Source: an uncultured Acidobacteriota bacterium (GTDB lineage: Bacteria > Acidobacteriota > Vicinamibacteria > Vicinamibacterales > 2-12-FULL-66-21). From it: 64,000 bases of DNA. The notes beneath the pieces are model-generated. The model made no database searches and was not told where the DNA came from. It saw only the letters and a list, made by a program, of their open reading frames with translations. The stretch covers positions 186,546 to 250,545 of the forward strand of contig CAWDPQ010000006.1 in assembly GCA_963804245.1 (NCBI GenBank). The letters are read 5' to 3'. Made by a program: the position numbers and the translations under genes. This document shows, piece after piece, positions 1-11,243 of this stretch. The stretch's first letter is position 1; each line of letters starts with the position of its first letter.

Positions 1-700
1 TCCACTCCGCGTGGCGGCGCTCAAGCGCGCGGCTGTCGTCTCAATCGAGGCGTACCTCGACGGCTGCCGGCGCCTCTGGCGGCGATACGTCACCCTGGGC
101 ATGTGCTTGCTGGTCACGTACGGCGTGACCGCGCTCGTCTATATAGGCCTGATCGTGAGTGGCTACCGGCTGGTCGACAACATCGGCTTGCTCTTCAGCT
201 GGACCGTCGGGGCGGCAATCGGCTCCAGCGTTCTCATCGTCTGGATATCGGTGCTGAACTTCTTCTATCTCCTGACGCAGATGGTCATCGCCGTGGACGA
301 CGTCAGCGTGAAGAAAGGAATCCTGGGGGCGGTCAGGTTCGTTCGCAGCAGCTTGCGTGAGATTGCCGGTGTATTCGGCGTGGTCCTGCTGCTGGTAGCC
401 ATCGCCACGGTCGGCTCGATCCTGGCGGCGGCGGGGCTCGGCGTCATCGCTTTTGTGCCGCTCGTCGGTCTCGCCGTGGTACCGCTGCAGGTTGCGGGAT
501 GGCTGCTGCGCGGCTTCGTCTTTCAGTATCTCGGGTTGACCGCACTCAGCGCCTATCTGACATACTACCGTCACGACCACTGCGGGAGCGTTCAGCCCCC
601 AGCGCACCTCGTGGATGCTTCGGATCAATTTCCCGGACAAGGTGCCGCTCAAAATCAAGGTGCGCGATCCGCGCGCACAGCGGTCGAACAACCCGCATGA
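1..700 (+). CDS. Multi-pass membrane protein, hypothetical (probably 5'-truncated by the window edge)
   Basis: ORF 11..700 with several hydrophobic helices; frame is open to the window edge; its stop overlaps the next ATG (ATGA). Confidence 0.7.
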   Translation, partial: PLRVAALKRAAVVSIEAYLDGCRRLWRRYVTLGMCLLVTYGVTALVYIGLIVSGYRLVDNIGLLFSWTVGAAIGSSVLIVWISVLNFFYLLTQMVIAVDDVSVKKGILGAVRFVRSSLREIAGVFGVVLLLVAIATVGSILAAAGLGVIAFVPLVGLAVVPLQVAGWLLRGFVFQYLGLTALSAYLTYYRHDHCGSVQPPAHLVDASDQFPGQGAAQNQGARSARTAVEQPA

Positions 701-2004
701 CTGATTACACCCGATTTCTCTCCCGCGCCGCCGGCCACATGCAGGAGTCGGCCATCCGCCGCATGGGTATGGTGCTGGCCCAGGGGAGAGACATCATTTC
801 GTTTGCACCGGGCTATCCGGCGCCCGAGACGTTTCCCTGGAAGGAATTTCGCGACATTACGAACGAGCTGCTGTCGGGCGCTGATGGAGCGGTCCTGCAG
901 TACGGCCCGACGCGCGGTTACCGCCCGTTGCTCGAGACCATCGCCGGCATCATGGAGCACCGCGGCGCGCGCACGTCGCTGCAGCAGCTCATGGTGACCA
1001 CCGGCTCGCAGCAGGGACTCGACCTGGTCGCGCGCGTCCTCCTCGATCCGGACGACATCGTCCTCGTAGAGCTTCCGACCTATACCGGCGCGATTACCGC
1101 GTTCAGGAACGTGCAGGCGCGAATGGTCGGGGTTCAACAGGAAGCCGACGGCATCGACCTCGACGATCTCGACGACGTCTTCCGGAGGCTGACGCGGGAC
1201 GGCGGTCGCGTGCGGCTCCTCTACGTCGTTCCGAATTTTCAGAATCCGACCGGGCTCCTGATCGGCCTCGAGAAGCGGCGACGTCTCCTCGAGTGGGCGG
1301 CGCGGAGGCAGGTCCTGATCCTCGAAGACGATCCCTACCGCGAGCTCTACTTCGACGACTCCGCCAGTGAAGCGGACGTGCGGCCGATTCGGGCTGATGA
1401 CACCGACGGGCTCGTGATCTACTTGAGCAGCTTTTCGAAGACGCTGGCTCCTGGCTATCGCGTGGCCTGGATCGACGCGCCGCCGCCGCTGGCGGCAAAG
1501 CTCGAATACGCGAAGCAGGCCGAGGATCTCTGCACCGGCGAGCTGGACCAGCGCGTCGTCTTCGAAGCCTGCCGCCGCGGCATCCTCGCGCGGCAGCTGC
1601 CGATGTTGCGCGCGCACTACCAGCAGAAACGCAACGTGATGGTCGACGCTTTGACCAAATCGTTCGGCGGCGACGTCACCTGGCCCGAGCCACGAGGCGG
1701 CTTCTTTCTATGGGCGAGGCTTCCCGCACCTCTCGACGCCGAAACCCTGAGCGCGCGGGCGGTCGAGCACGGGGTCGTCTACGTACCTGGAGATGCGTTC
1801 TTCGTCGACGATCGAGCCGCTTCGCCCGATCACAGCGCGGGCGGAGCAAGACCCGGCAGCAGCGTCATCCGCCTCTCGTTCTCGGCACCTGCCCCGGCCC
1901 GCATACAAGAGGGAGTCGCCCGCTTGAAAACCGCCATCGATGAAGAGATTGCCGCCGTTACTGGGGCAGGACGATATCGATCGCCACACCGGGAAGCACG
2001 GTAA
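697..2004 (+). CDS. PLP-dependent aminotransferase class I/II (ARO8/LysN-like, no wHTH)
   Basis: Motifs GSQQGLDL, PNFQNPTG, EDDPY, SFSKTLAPGYRVAW; ATG 697 coupled to the upstream stop. Confidence 0.9.
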   Translation: MTDYTRFLSRAAGHMQESAIRRMGMVLAQGRDIISFAPGYPAPETFPWKEFRDITNELLSGADGAVLQYGPTRGYRPLLETIAGIMEHRGARTSLQQLMVTTGSQQGLDLVARVLLDPDDIVLVELPTYTGAITAFRNVQARMVGVQQEADGIDLDDLDDVFRRLTRDGGRVRLLYVVPNFQNPTGLLIGLEKRRRLLEWAARRQVLILEDDPYRELYFDDSASEADVRPIRADDTDGLVIYLSSFSKTLAPGYRVAWIDAPPPLAAKLEYAKQAEDLCTGELDQRVVFEACRRGILARQLPMLRAHYQQKRNVMVDALTKSFGGDVTWPEPRGGFFLWARLPAPLDAETLSARAVEHGVVYVPGDAFFVDDRAASPDHSAGGARPGSSVIRLSFSAPAPARIQEGVARLKTAIDEEIAAVTGAGRYRSPHREAR

Positions 2005-3160
2005 GGTCCACGATTGGAATGGGAGGCGGGTCCGTGGACGGCTCGAGAAGCCACAGCGTCCACGGGTGCTCCAAATCACCGGTGACAACGGCGAGCAACG
2101 TTGGCGCGCCTCCGCCCGGCACGTTCGAGATGGCAACGACCGTCGAAGGGAACGTCAAGTCCGTCAGCCCCGCGCCGTCGTCGGGACGGAAGACCGCCAG
2201 CGTGGCGACAGCGCCAGGCACGACAATGCCGCCGCGGATAATCGACGGCCCTTCGGCCGGACGGTACTTGAGCCCCTTTCTCCACTTCACAGCGCCGTGT
2301 CCACGATCGAGTGCGCGCAGCGTGTTATCGAGCGCGACGAAATAAACGTTCTTCTCGTCGACCGCTGCGCGTCCCCGCGGAGCGGCGCCGACGCGATGGT
2401 TCCAGAGGATTTCGCCATCCTCGGCGTCGAGGACGTAAAACAATTTGTCGGCTGCGCCAGCGTACACCCGGCCGGCTATCACCATCGGTTCGCCGGGGGA
2501 GCCGCCGAGCTGACGCTGCCAAATCGTCTCGCCAGTCTGAAGGTTGAGGCACACAATCGGCCCCTCGAGGAGCGGCACGAACAGGAAGTCGCCGTCGATG
2601 GCTGGCCTGAACTCGATGGTCCCGAGATTCCGCTGCCAAACGATCGCGCCGTCGCCCGCACGAAGCGCCGAGAGATTTCCGGCAGCCGCAGTGATGACCC
2701 ACCCCCCATGTACCAGCGTCGCTGCGGTGAGCGATCCCGTTTCCCTATGCCACTGCGGAGTGCCGGTCGACAGCTCGAGCGCCTGCATCGCATCAGCCGA
2801 CGGCACGTAGACGCGCTCCGCATCGGCGGAAATCGGCCGATCGATCGGAACGTCCTGTTTCCACTTCGTCTTGCCGTCGGCGATCTGTACTGCTTCGACG
2901 CGACCGCTCTGGAGAGCCACCACGATCGTCTCGCCGACGATCACTGGAGGGCTGGCGGGAGGTGCAGAAAGTGCCACAGACCAGCGCTGCACCATTGGCA
3001 GAAATGTCGTTGTCGCCGGCACGGCCGGCGGAGTCGACGGACTCGGCGGACTTTGCGGCGGCGTCTGCGCACAGAGGGTTGCCGCGAGGAAAACGCTCGC
3101 CGCAACGGCCACGCTTGGGGCGATAAACCTACAAGATATTGTGGTGCAGCCCGAATCCAC
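1958..3160 (-). CDS. PQQ-like beta-propeller repeat protein (BamB-like), exported
   Basis: Repeated A.d..tG...W motifs (ADGKTKW, STGTPQW, GDGAIVW, EDGEILW); N-terminal hydrophobic signal. Confidence 0.85.
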   Translation of the reverse strand: MDSGCTTISCRFIAPSVAVAASVFLAATLCAQTPPQSPPSPSTPPAVPATTTFLPMVQRWSVALSAPPASPPVIVGETIVVALQSGRVEAVQIADGKTKWKQDVPIDRPISADAERVYVPSADAMQALELSTGTPQWHRETGSLTAATLVHGGWVITAAAGNLSALRAGDGAIVWQRNLGTIEFRPAIDGDFLFVPLLEGPIVCLNLQTGETIWQRQLGGSPGEPMVIAGRVYAGAADKLFYVLDAEDGEILWNHRVGAAPRGRAAVDEKNVYFVALDNTLRALDRGHGAVKWRKGLKYRPAEGPSIIRGGIVVPGAVATLAVFRPDDGAGLTDLTFPSTVVAISNVPGGGAPTLLAVVTGDLEHPWTLWLLEPSTDPPPIPIVDLTVLPGVAIDIVLPQ

Positions 3161-3182
3161 ACCTTATAATAGCGTCTCCTCC

Positions 3183-4736
3183 GTGACTCACCAGACCATC
3201 GTCGTTCTGGATTTCGGCTCCCAGTTCACTCAGCTCATCGCTCGCCGATTGCGTGAGCTGTCGATCTACAGCGAGATCCTCCCGTTCGACACGCCAGTCG
3301 CAAAGATTTCCGCGCGCTCGCCGGTCGGCGTGATTCTCTCCGGCGGTCCGAAAAGCGTGCGTGAAGATGGGGCGCCGCGCTGCGATCCGGCTGTGTTCGA
3401 TCTCTCGGTTCCGGTGCTCGGCATTTGTTACGGGATGCAGCTGATGACCGATGCGCTCGGTGGAGAAGTCGCACCGGCGCCGCATCGCGAGTTCGGATTG
3501 GCGACCATCCGGATTGAGCCAGATGCCCCGCTCCTTGCATCGGTGGGTAGCGGAGCAGGTGGCGCGGGCGAGTTGCGCGTCTGGGCCAGTCACGGCGACT
3601 TCGTCAAATCAGCACCGGCGGGCTTTGCCGTCACGGCGACCAGCAGCAATGCACCAGTCGCCGCAATGGCGGCTCCGGATCGCCACATGTACGCGCTCCT
3701 GTTCCATCCGGAAGTGGCGCATACGGATCACGGCACCGAGATTCTGCGCGGCTTCGCGTACGACGTCTGCGGCTGTGTAGGCGACTGGACGATGGCGTCG
3801 TTCGTGGACGAGGCGGTCTCACGGATCCGCAGCCAGGTCGGAAGCGGGCGAGTGGTCTGCGGCTTGAGCGGCGGCGTCGACTCGACGGTGGCAGCCCTGC
3901 TCATTCACCGGGCTGTTGGCGATCGCCTCACGTGTATCTTCGTCGACAACGGCGTCTTGCGGCAGGACGAAGCGTCGCAGATTCGCAAACGGTTCGAGCG
4001 GTTGCAGCTGCCGCTCGTCTTCGCGGATGCGGCGGATCTCTTTCTCGATCGCTTGACGGGCATTGTCGATCCCGAGCAGAAGCGCAAGATCATCGGCGGC
4101 ATGTTCATCGAGGTGTTCGAGTCGGAAGCGAAAAAGCTTGGATCGTTCGAATTTCTGGCCCAAGGCACGCTCTATCCGGACGTCATCGAGAGCGTGTCGG
4201 TCATCGGGCCGTCGCATGTGATCAAGAGCCATCACAACGTTGGCGGGCTTCCCGAACGGATGCGGTTCAAGCTGGTCGAGCCGCTGCGGTTGCTGTTCAA
4301 GGACGAAGTGCGGGCGGTGGGAGCGGAGCTGGGTTTGGACGACGAGTTCGTCTGGAGACAACCGTTCCCCGGCCCCGGTCTGGCGGTGCGCATCCTCGGC
4401 GAGGTGACGGCATCCCGCTTGAACCTCGTGCGCCGCGCCGACGCGATCGTCGCGGAGGAAGTGAAGCGAGCCGGCTGGTACCGGCGGCTATGGCAGTCGT
4501 TCGCCGTCCTTCTGCCGGTGCAGAGCGTCGGAGTAATGGGGGATGCACGAACGTACGAATACACCATCGCCATCCGTGCGGTAGAGAGCAAGGATGGAAT
4601 GACCGCTGACTGGGCGCGTCTCCCGCACGAACTGCTCGCTTCGATATCGTCGCGCATCGTCAACGAAGTCAAAGGCATCAATCGAGTCGTATATGACATT
4701 AGTTCAAAGCCACCTTCTACGATCGAGTGGGAGTAA
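3183..4736 (+). CDS. guaA: GMP synthase (glutamine-hydrolysing)
   Basis: [48 protein letters not shown]; GTG start inferred. Confidence 0.97.
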   Translation: MTHQTIVVLDFGSQFTQLIARRLRELSIYSEILPFDTPVAKISARSPVGVILSGGPKSVREDGAPRCDPAVFDLSVPVLGICYGMQLMTDALGGEVAPAPHREFGLATIRIEPDAPLLASVGSGAGGAGELRVWASHGDFVKSAPAGFAVTATSSNAPVAAMAAPDRHMYALLFHPEVAHTDHGTEILRGFAYDVCGCVGDWTMASFVDEAVSRIRSQVGSGRVVCGLSGGVDSTVAALLIHRAVGDRLTCIFVDNGVLRQDEASQIRKRFERLQLPLVFADAADLFLDRLTGIVDPEQKRKIIGGMFIEVFESEAKKLGSFEFLAQGTLYPDVIESVSVIGPSHVIKSHHNVGGLPERMRFKLVEPLRLLFKDEVRAVGAELGLDDEFVWRQPFPGPGLAVRILGEVTASRLNLVRRADAIVAEEVKRAGWYRRLWQSFAVLLPVQSVGVMGDARTYEYTIAIRAVESKDGMTADWARLPHELLASISSRIVNEVKGINRVVYDISSKPPSTIEWE

Positions 4737-4825
4737 GGGGCTGCCGCGCGAAGCGCGGCGGCAAGGCCAACGGCCGTCGCGCGAAGCGCGTGGGCGCGTG
4801 GGGGTGGGGCCCCACGCGCACTGAA
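4737..4825 (+). repeat. REP-like palindromic element (two GCGCGAAGCGCG hairpins plus GCGCGTGGGG...CCCCACGCGC)
   Basis: Visible stem-loops; related copies at about 30517-30589 and 45537-45577. Confidence 0.7.
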
Positions 4826-4826
4826 T

Positions 4827-7800
4827 ATGACGGACTTCGTCCACCTCCACCTCCACTCGGAGTTCTCGCTGCTCGACGGAGCGTGCCGGATCGAGGAAGT
4901 GCTCGACAAAGCGGTCGAGCTCAAGATGCCGGCGCTGGCGATTACCGAACACGGGAACATGTTCTCGTCGATCATGTTCCACGATCAGGCGCGCAAGCGC
5001 GGGATCAACCCGCTGCTCGGCTGCGAAGTCTACGTCGCGCCGGGGGATCGGCGGACGAAAAGCGGCACGCCGGGCGAAACGGCGAATCACCTGGTCCTCC
5101 TGGCGGAGACGCTTCAGGGCTACCACAATCTGATCAAGCTCGTCTCGGCCGGCTACACCGAGGGGTTCTACTACAAGCCGCGCATCGACAAGGACCTGCT
5201 GGCGCAGCATTCGGCGGGGCTGATCGGGTTGAGCAGCTGTCTCAAAGGCGAGGTCGCAACCGGCATTCGTACGGAGCAGCAGCACAAGGCGCTCATCGCC
5301 GCGGCGACCTATCGCGACATTCTGGGTCCCGGCAACTTCTTCCTCGAAATGCAGTTTCAGGGGATCGACGATCAGCGAGTCGTCAACACCGGCCTGCAAC
5401 CGATCGCCAGAGACCTCGGACTGCCGCTCGTGTGCACGAACGACGTGCACTACCTGCAGAATTCAGATTTCAAGCCGCACGACATCCTGCTGTGCATCGG
5501 CACGGGCAAGACGGTGAACGACAGCGAGAGGCTTCGCTATCACGGCGACCAGTTCTATCTGAAGACGCCGCAGGAGATGGCCGAGATCTTCAAGGAGTTC
5601 CCCGAAGCGCTCGCCAACACGGTCCGCATCGCTGAGCGCTGCAGCGTCGACCTGTCGGGTACGGTCAACCATCTTCCCAACTTCGACGTACCCGCCGGCT
5701 ATACCCTGGACGACTACTTCGACCACGTCGTCCGCGAGGGCTTCCAGCAGCGGCTGCCGCGCCTGCAGGAGTTGGCCGCGCGCGGCGTGCTGACGCATGG
5801 GATCGAGGAGTACGAGCGGCGGCTGGCGTACGAAGTCGCCATGATCAAGCAGATGAAGTATCCCGGGTACTTCCTGATCGTCTGGGACTTCATCCGCTAC
5901 GCGCGCGAGCAGTCGATTCCGGTGGGACCTGGACGAGGTTCGGCGGCGGGCAGCTTCGTCGCCTACTGCCTGCGGATTACCGATGTCGATCCCATCGAGT
6001 ACGACCTGATCTTCGAACGTTTTCTCAATCCCGAGCGCGTCTCGCTGCCGGATATCGATATCGACTTCTGCGAACGCCGCCGTGGCGAGGTCATCGATTA
6101 CGTCACGCGCAAGTACGGACGCGAGAACGTCGCCCAAATCATCACGTTCGGGACCATGAAGGCTCGCGCCGTCGTCCGCGACGTCGCGCGTGTCATCGAC
6201 ATTCCTTACGCCGACGCCGATCGCGTGGCCAAGGCTGTGCCGCCGGCGCTCGACATGACCCTCGCCAAGGCGCTCGAAGAGAGCCCGGTGCTCAAGGAAA
6301 TGGAGCAGAAGGACGAGCGCGTCAAGGAGCTGCTCGCCATTGCCCGCCGCCTCGAGGGTATGACGCGGCATGCCTCCGTCCATGCGGCGGGAGTGGTCAT
6401 CGCGCCGAAGCCCCTGACCGAGTACGTGCCCCTCTACAAGAGTCAGAAGGACGAAATCGTCACGCAGTGGGCGATGAAGGAGGTCGAGCGCGTCGGGCTT
6501 CTGAAGATGGACTTCCTGGGGCTCAGCACGCTGACGCTCATCCGGGATGCGCTCGACGAGATCCAGCGGACCGAAGGCATTGCCGTCGACATCGACGCCG
6601 TGCCGCTGGACGATGCGAAGACCTACGAGCTGTTCGCCAACGGACAGACCTACGGCGTCTTCCAATTTGAAAGCTCCGGCATGCGCGAGCTGTTGCGCAA
6701 AGCGAAGCCGGAGCGCCTGGACGACCTCATCGCTCTCAACGCGCTGTACCGCCCCGGGCCGCTCAAGAGCGGGATGGTGGACGACTTCATCGCCAGGAAG
6801 CAGGGGAAGACCGAGGTCAAGTACGAGCTGCCGGCGCTCGCGCCGATCCTGTCCGACACCTACGGCGTCATCGCCTACCAGGAACAGGTCATGCGCATCG
6901 CCGCGGTCCTGGCCGGGTTCTCGATGGGTCAGTCGGACGTGCTGCGCAAGGCCATGGGGAAGAAAGACCCGAAGGTCATGGCCAAGCAGCGCGAGGCCTT
7001 CATGCAGGGCGCGAAGGCAAAGGGGGTCAACGAAAAGAAGGCCGCGAAAATTTTCGATCTCATGGAGTATTTCGCCGGGTACGGCTTCAACAAGTCGCAT
7101 TCGACGACCTACGCGCTGCTGGCTTACCAGACTGCCTACCTGAAAGCCAACTACCCCTGGCACTTCATGGCCGCGCTGCTGACGATTGAAGCAGCGAACA
7201 CCGACAAGCTCGCGATGTACCTCGGCGAATGCCGTGAGCTCGGCATTCCAATCCTGCCGCCGGATATCAACTCGAGTGAGCTCGCCTTCACGGTCGTGAA
7301 AGAAGGCGTGACGATTCGGTCTTGCGGCGGTCAAGAACGTCGGCGCGGGAGCCGTTCTGTCGATGCTCGCCTTCCGTCGCGAATTCGGCCGCATCGATTC
7401 GCTCTATACCCTGTGTGAGCACGTCGATCTGCGGTTGGTCAATAAGAGGGTGCTCGAAAGCCTGATCAAATCCGGAGCGCTCGATTCCGTTCCGTGCGGA
7501 GGCGAGCGCTCGGTTCGTGGACGCCGCGCCTGCCTGTTTGCGGCGGTCGACAGAGCCATCGAGAATGGCGGGCGTCATCAGCGGGATCGCGACAAGGGCC
7601 AGTCGCAGCTCTTCGGCGCCATGTCGGACGATGGCCCTGAGCCGCCCGTGGCGCTTCCCGATGCGCCGCCGTGGACCGAGGCGCAGCAGCTCGTTTACGA
7701 AAAAGAGGCGCTCGGGTTCTACATGAGCGGTCATCCGCTCGAGCGCTATGCGCAGGAGCTGAAAGTGTTCGGCGCGCGACGCCTGGCCGAGCTGACCACA

Positions 7801-8307
7801 TCCGAAGCCGATATCTGGGTCGGAGGCATCGTCGCCAGTGTCCGGCCGTTGAAGACCAAGAAGGGCGACCGGATGGCGGTCTTCATGCTCGAAGACATCG
7901 CCGGCAGCCTCGAGGTGGTGGTGTTTCCGGAAACGTTCTCTCGATACGGAGCCCTCATCGAGATCGAGGCCATGCTCCTCGTCCGCGGCAAGCTCGAAAA
8001 AGACGACGAGTCGGCGCGCATCGTCGCCACCGAGCTGCAGCCGATTGCGGCGCTGAGGGAACGCACCACGCGCGAAGTGGTCATCCACCTGCAGAACGGC
8101 AAACAGGCGCGGACGACGTTCGAGCAGCTGGCGGAGCTGCTGGACCGTCATCGTGGTGACCGGCGCGTGTTCCTCGAGCTCGATGTCAAAGGTCAGGAAC
8201 GGGCACTGCGCGTCCGGTCGGAGGTTGCGCAGCGGGTGAAACCCTCGGAGCGTCTGGTCACCGAAGTCGAGCTGCTTTGTGGATCGGGATCCGTGGAATT
8301 GAGGTGA
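4827..8307 (+). CDS. dnaE: DNA polymerase III alpha subunit (frameshift near 7310, likely a sequencing error)
   Basis: FVHLHLHSEFSLLDG PHP domain, GPGRGSAAGS, PDIDIDF, GYGFNKSH; continues in ORF 7363..8307 (EKEALGFYMSGHPL, OB fold). Confidence 0.97.
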
Positions 8308-8311
8308 TGGC

Positions 8312-8425
8312 GCTCAATCCACGACAGCCACTTGCCAAACTCCCAGGAGCTGTCGTACCATCTGGGTGAAATTCGCACGATCGGCTAATCTCCTGTCTGC
8401 TTGTGACGAGCGAACGTCGTCGATT
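8312..8425 (+). repeat. Dispersed imperfect hairpin element, copy A
   Basis: Both arms align with 50509-50593 on the minus strand. Confidence 0.65.
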
Positions 8426-8472
8426 TGGAGACATCCGCAATTGACCAAGATGGAAGTTGACACGCGGTAGAT

Positions 8473-9462
8473 ATGCCGGAACTCCTCGAATTCGAAGAAC
8501 CAATCGGCGTCCTGCTGAAGGAGATCGAGGCTCTCAGCATGCTGCCGCGCACGCCGGAGCGGGAGCGATCCATCGAGAGCCTGCGCCGGCGGGCGGAGGA
8601 AATTCGCAGCGAGCTGTACGCGAACCTCACGCCGTGGCAGCGCGTGCTGGTGGCCCGCCATCCCTCGCGTCCTAACACGCTCGACTACGTGGAACGGCTG
8701 TTCACGGGTTTCGACGAGCTCCACGGCGATCGCCGGTTTGCCGACGATCCGGCAATCATCGGCGGCTTCGCTGCTTACCACGGCGAGCCGGTGTGCGTGA
8801 TTGGCCATCAGAAAGGACGCGACACGAAGCAGAAGATTTTCAGGAATTTCGGCTACGCGCGGCCCGAGGGTTATCGCAAAGCGCTCAGGGTAATGCAGCT
8901 CGCGCAAAAGTTCGGCCGGCCGATCATCGTCTTCATCGACACGCCGGCGGCGTATCCGGGCGTCGAGTCGGAAGAACGCGGCGTGGCCGAGGCGATCGCC
9001 TACAACCTGCGCGAGATGATGATGCTGGAAGTGCCGATCGTCGTCCTGGTCTGCGGAGAGGGAGGCAGCGGGGGAGCGCTGGGAATCGCCATCGGCGATC
9101 GCGTGTTGATGCAGGAATTTGCCGTGTACAGCGTCATTCCCCCCGAAGGGTGTGCGGCCATTCTGTGGCGCGACGCGAACAGGAAAGTGGAGGCGGCGGC
9201 CGCACTGAAAATCACCGCGGGAGATCTCCTCAACCTGGGACTGGTGGACGCCATCGTGCCGGAGCCGTCCGGCGGCGCGCACAACGACTACGACAGGGCG
9301 ACAGGCCTGGTGGACCAGGCGCTGGCTCAGGCGCTCACTGCGGTCGCACCTCTGTCGGTCGATCAGCGCCTCGCTGCCCGCTATGAAAAGTTCCGACGGA
9401 TGGGAAGCGAGGGCACCGCGTTCATCGATACCGAACAGGCTGACGAGAATCCCGTCCCATGA
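8473..9462 (+). CDS. accA: Acetyl-CoA carboxylase carboxyltransferase alpha
   Basis: LEFEEPI, ARHPSRP, GHQKGRDT, PEGYRKA, GEGGSGGALGI. Confidence 0.97.
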   Translation: MPELLEFEEPIGVLLKEIEALSMLPRTPERERSIESLRRRAEEIRSELYANLTPWQRVLVARHPSRPNTLDYVERLFTGFDELHGDRRFADDPAIIGGFAAYHGEPVCVIGHQKGRDTKQKIFRNFGYARPEGYRKALRVMQLAQKFGRPIIVFIDTPAAYPGVESEERGVAEAIAYNLREMMMLEVPIVVLVCGEGGSGGALGIAIGDRVLMQEFAVYSVIPPEGCAAILWRDANRKVEAAAALKITAGDLLNLGLVDAIVPEPSGGAHNDYDRATGLVDQALAQALTAVAPLSVDQRLAARYEKFRRMGSEGTAFIDTEQADENPVP

Positions 9463-11175
9463 AATCCCTCATCTGGCAGCACCTGCCATGCGATGACGGC
9501 CAGGCGGCCGCCCTGGCCGCGGCCCTCAATCTCCATCCTACGGTGGCGCGGCTGCTCTGCCTGCGAGGGCTGGGCGATGCGGAAGAAGCCGAGCGCTTTC
9601 TGAACCCCAGCCTCGGACACCTGCACGACCCGTTCAGACTGATGGGGATGGCGGAAGCGGTAACGCGGATCGAGCAGGCACTCGCACGCAAGGAGCGCAT
9701 CGCCATACATGGCGACTATGACGTCGACGGGATCACGTCGACCGTCATCCTGCGGCGGGCGCTCGAGCTGCTCGGCGGCGAAGTCATTCACTTCATTCCC
9801 GAGCGTCTGCGCGACGGTTACGGGCTGCAGCCGGCAGCGATCGAGCGGTTGCACGCCGAGGGCGTGGCGCTCATCATTTCGGTCGACTGCGGAATTCGCG
9901 CAGGCCGAGGCAGCCAGACGCGCGCGCGAACTCGGAGTCGATCTCATCATCACCGACCATCACGAGCCGGACGGCGATCTGCCGGACGCGCTGGCGGTGA
10001 TCAACCCCAAGCGCCGCGACTGCAGCTATCCGGATAAATACCTGGCGGGCGTCGGCGTCGCGCTGAAGCTCGTTCAAGCCTTGTGCGCACGCGCGGGACG
10101 CGAGCGCTGGCTGCCTTCCTTCATCAAGGTCGCAGCCATTGGCACGCTGGCAGACGTCGTCCCTTTGGTGGGTGAGAACCGAGTGATCGCGCGGCTGGGG
10201 CTTGGCTCGCTCAGCCGGGGACCACATACGATTGGGCTACGCGCGCTGCTCGACTGCTGCGGCCTCATCGGTAAGACGATAGACAGCTATCAGGTGGCTT
10301 TCATGGTGGCGCCGCGCGTGAACGCGGCTGGACGGATGAGCACGCCCGACATCGCGACGCGGCTCCTGCTCTCGACCGACGAAGCGATGGCGGACGAAGC
10401 CAGGACGCTGGCCGGGCAGTTGAACGATGAAAACCTGCGGCGGCAGGCGGAGGAGCTGGGGCTCGTCACCGAGGCCAAGAAGGCGATCGAGACCGACCCG
10501 GCCGTGGGCGCGCACAACGTCCTGGTGGTGGGAGGGGACGGGTGGCACCGCGGGGTTATCGGCATCGCCGCCTCCAAGCTCGTCGACACCTACCACAAGC
10601 CGGCAATCGTGCTCTCAATCGATGGCGATGTGGCCCACGGCTCGTGCCGCAGTATCCCGGACTTCGATATGCTGGGAGCATTGGAGCGGTGCGCCGACCT
10701 GTTCATTCGGTTCGGCGGGCACCGGCAGGCGGCGGGCCTGACCATGGAGGCGGCGCGGGTGGGCGAGTTCAGGCAGCGGATCAACGCCTGGGCCGATGAA
10801 GTACTGGAACCCGATCAGCTGCGCCCGAGGCTGCGAATCGATGCACCGCTGCACCTCAAGGGCATCACGCACGACCTCGTGCGCGGACTGGACGCCTTGG
10901 GACCATTTGGCATGGGCAACCCGCGGCCGGTTTTTCACGCGGCGCCGGTGGAAATCGTCGATGGACCCCGATCGCTCAAGGAGCGACACCTGAAGATGAC
11001 GTTCAGTCAGGAAGGGCGGCGCTTTCGCGCCATTGCGTGGCGCGCCGCCGAACGCGCGGAGTTCCTGGAAAAGCATCGCACCGGTGTCGATCTGGCCTTT
11101 TCGCTCGAGCGCAACGAATATCAAGGGGAAACCTACCTCGAATTGAGCGTCGCGGACTTCAAGGCAATCGAGTGA
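9459..11175 (+). CDS. recJ: ssDNA exonuclease RecJ (frameshift near 9900)
   Basis: GDYDVDG, SVDCGI, TDHH, PRVNAAGR, GGHRQAAG, PFGMGNP across two ORFs. Confidence 0.95.
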
Positions 11176-11243
11176 AGCTGCAGCGGCGCGACAAAAAGCG
11201 CCTGCGGCCCCGAGCGAGGCGCGCAGCCGCCGAACGCACAACA

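Noticed and set aside
5463-7394. Long antisense ORFs (e.g. 5463..7394, 14162..15724, 60258..61487)
   Set aside because: These are typical high-GC shadow frames opposite well-supported genes.
7290-7420. Split dnaE, intein or programmed frameshift
   Set aside because: No intein motifs or slippery site; deleting one base restores the conserved sequence.
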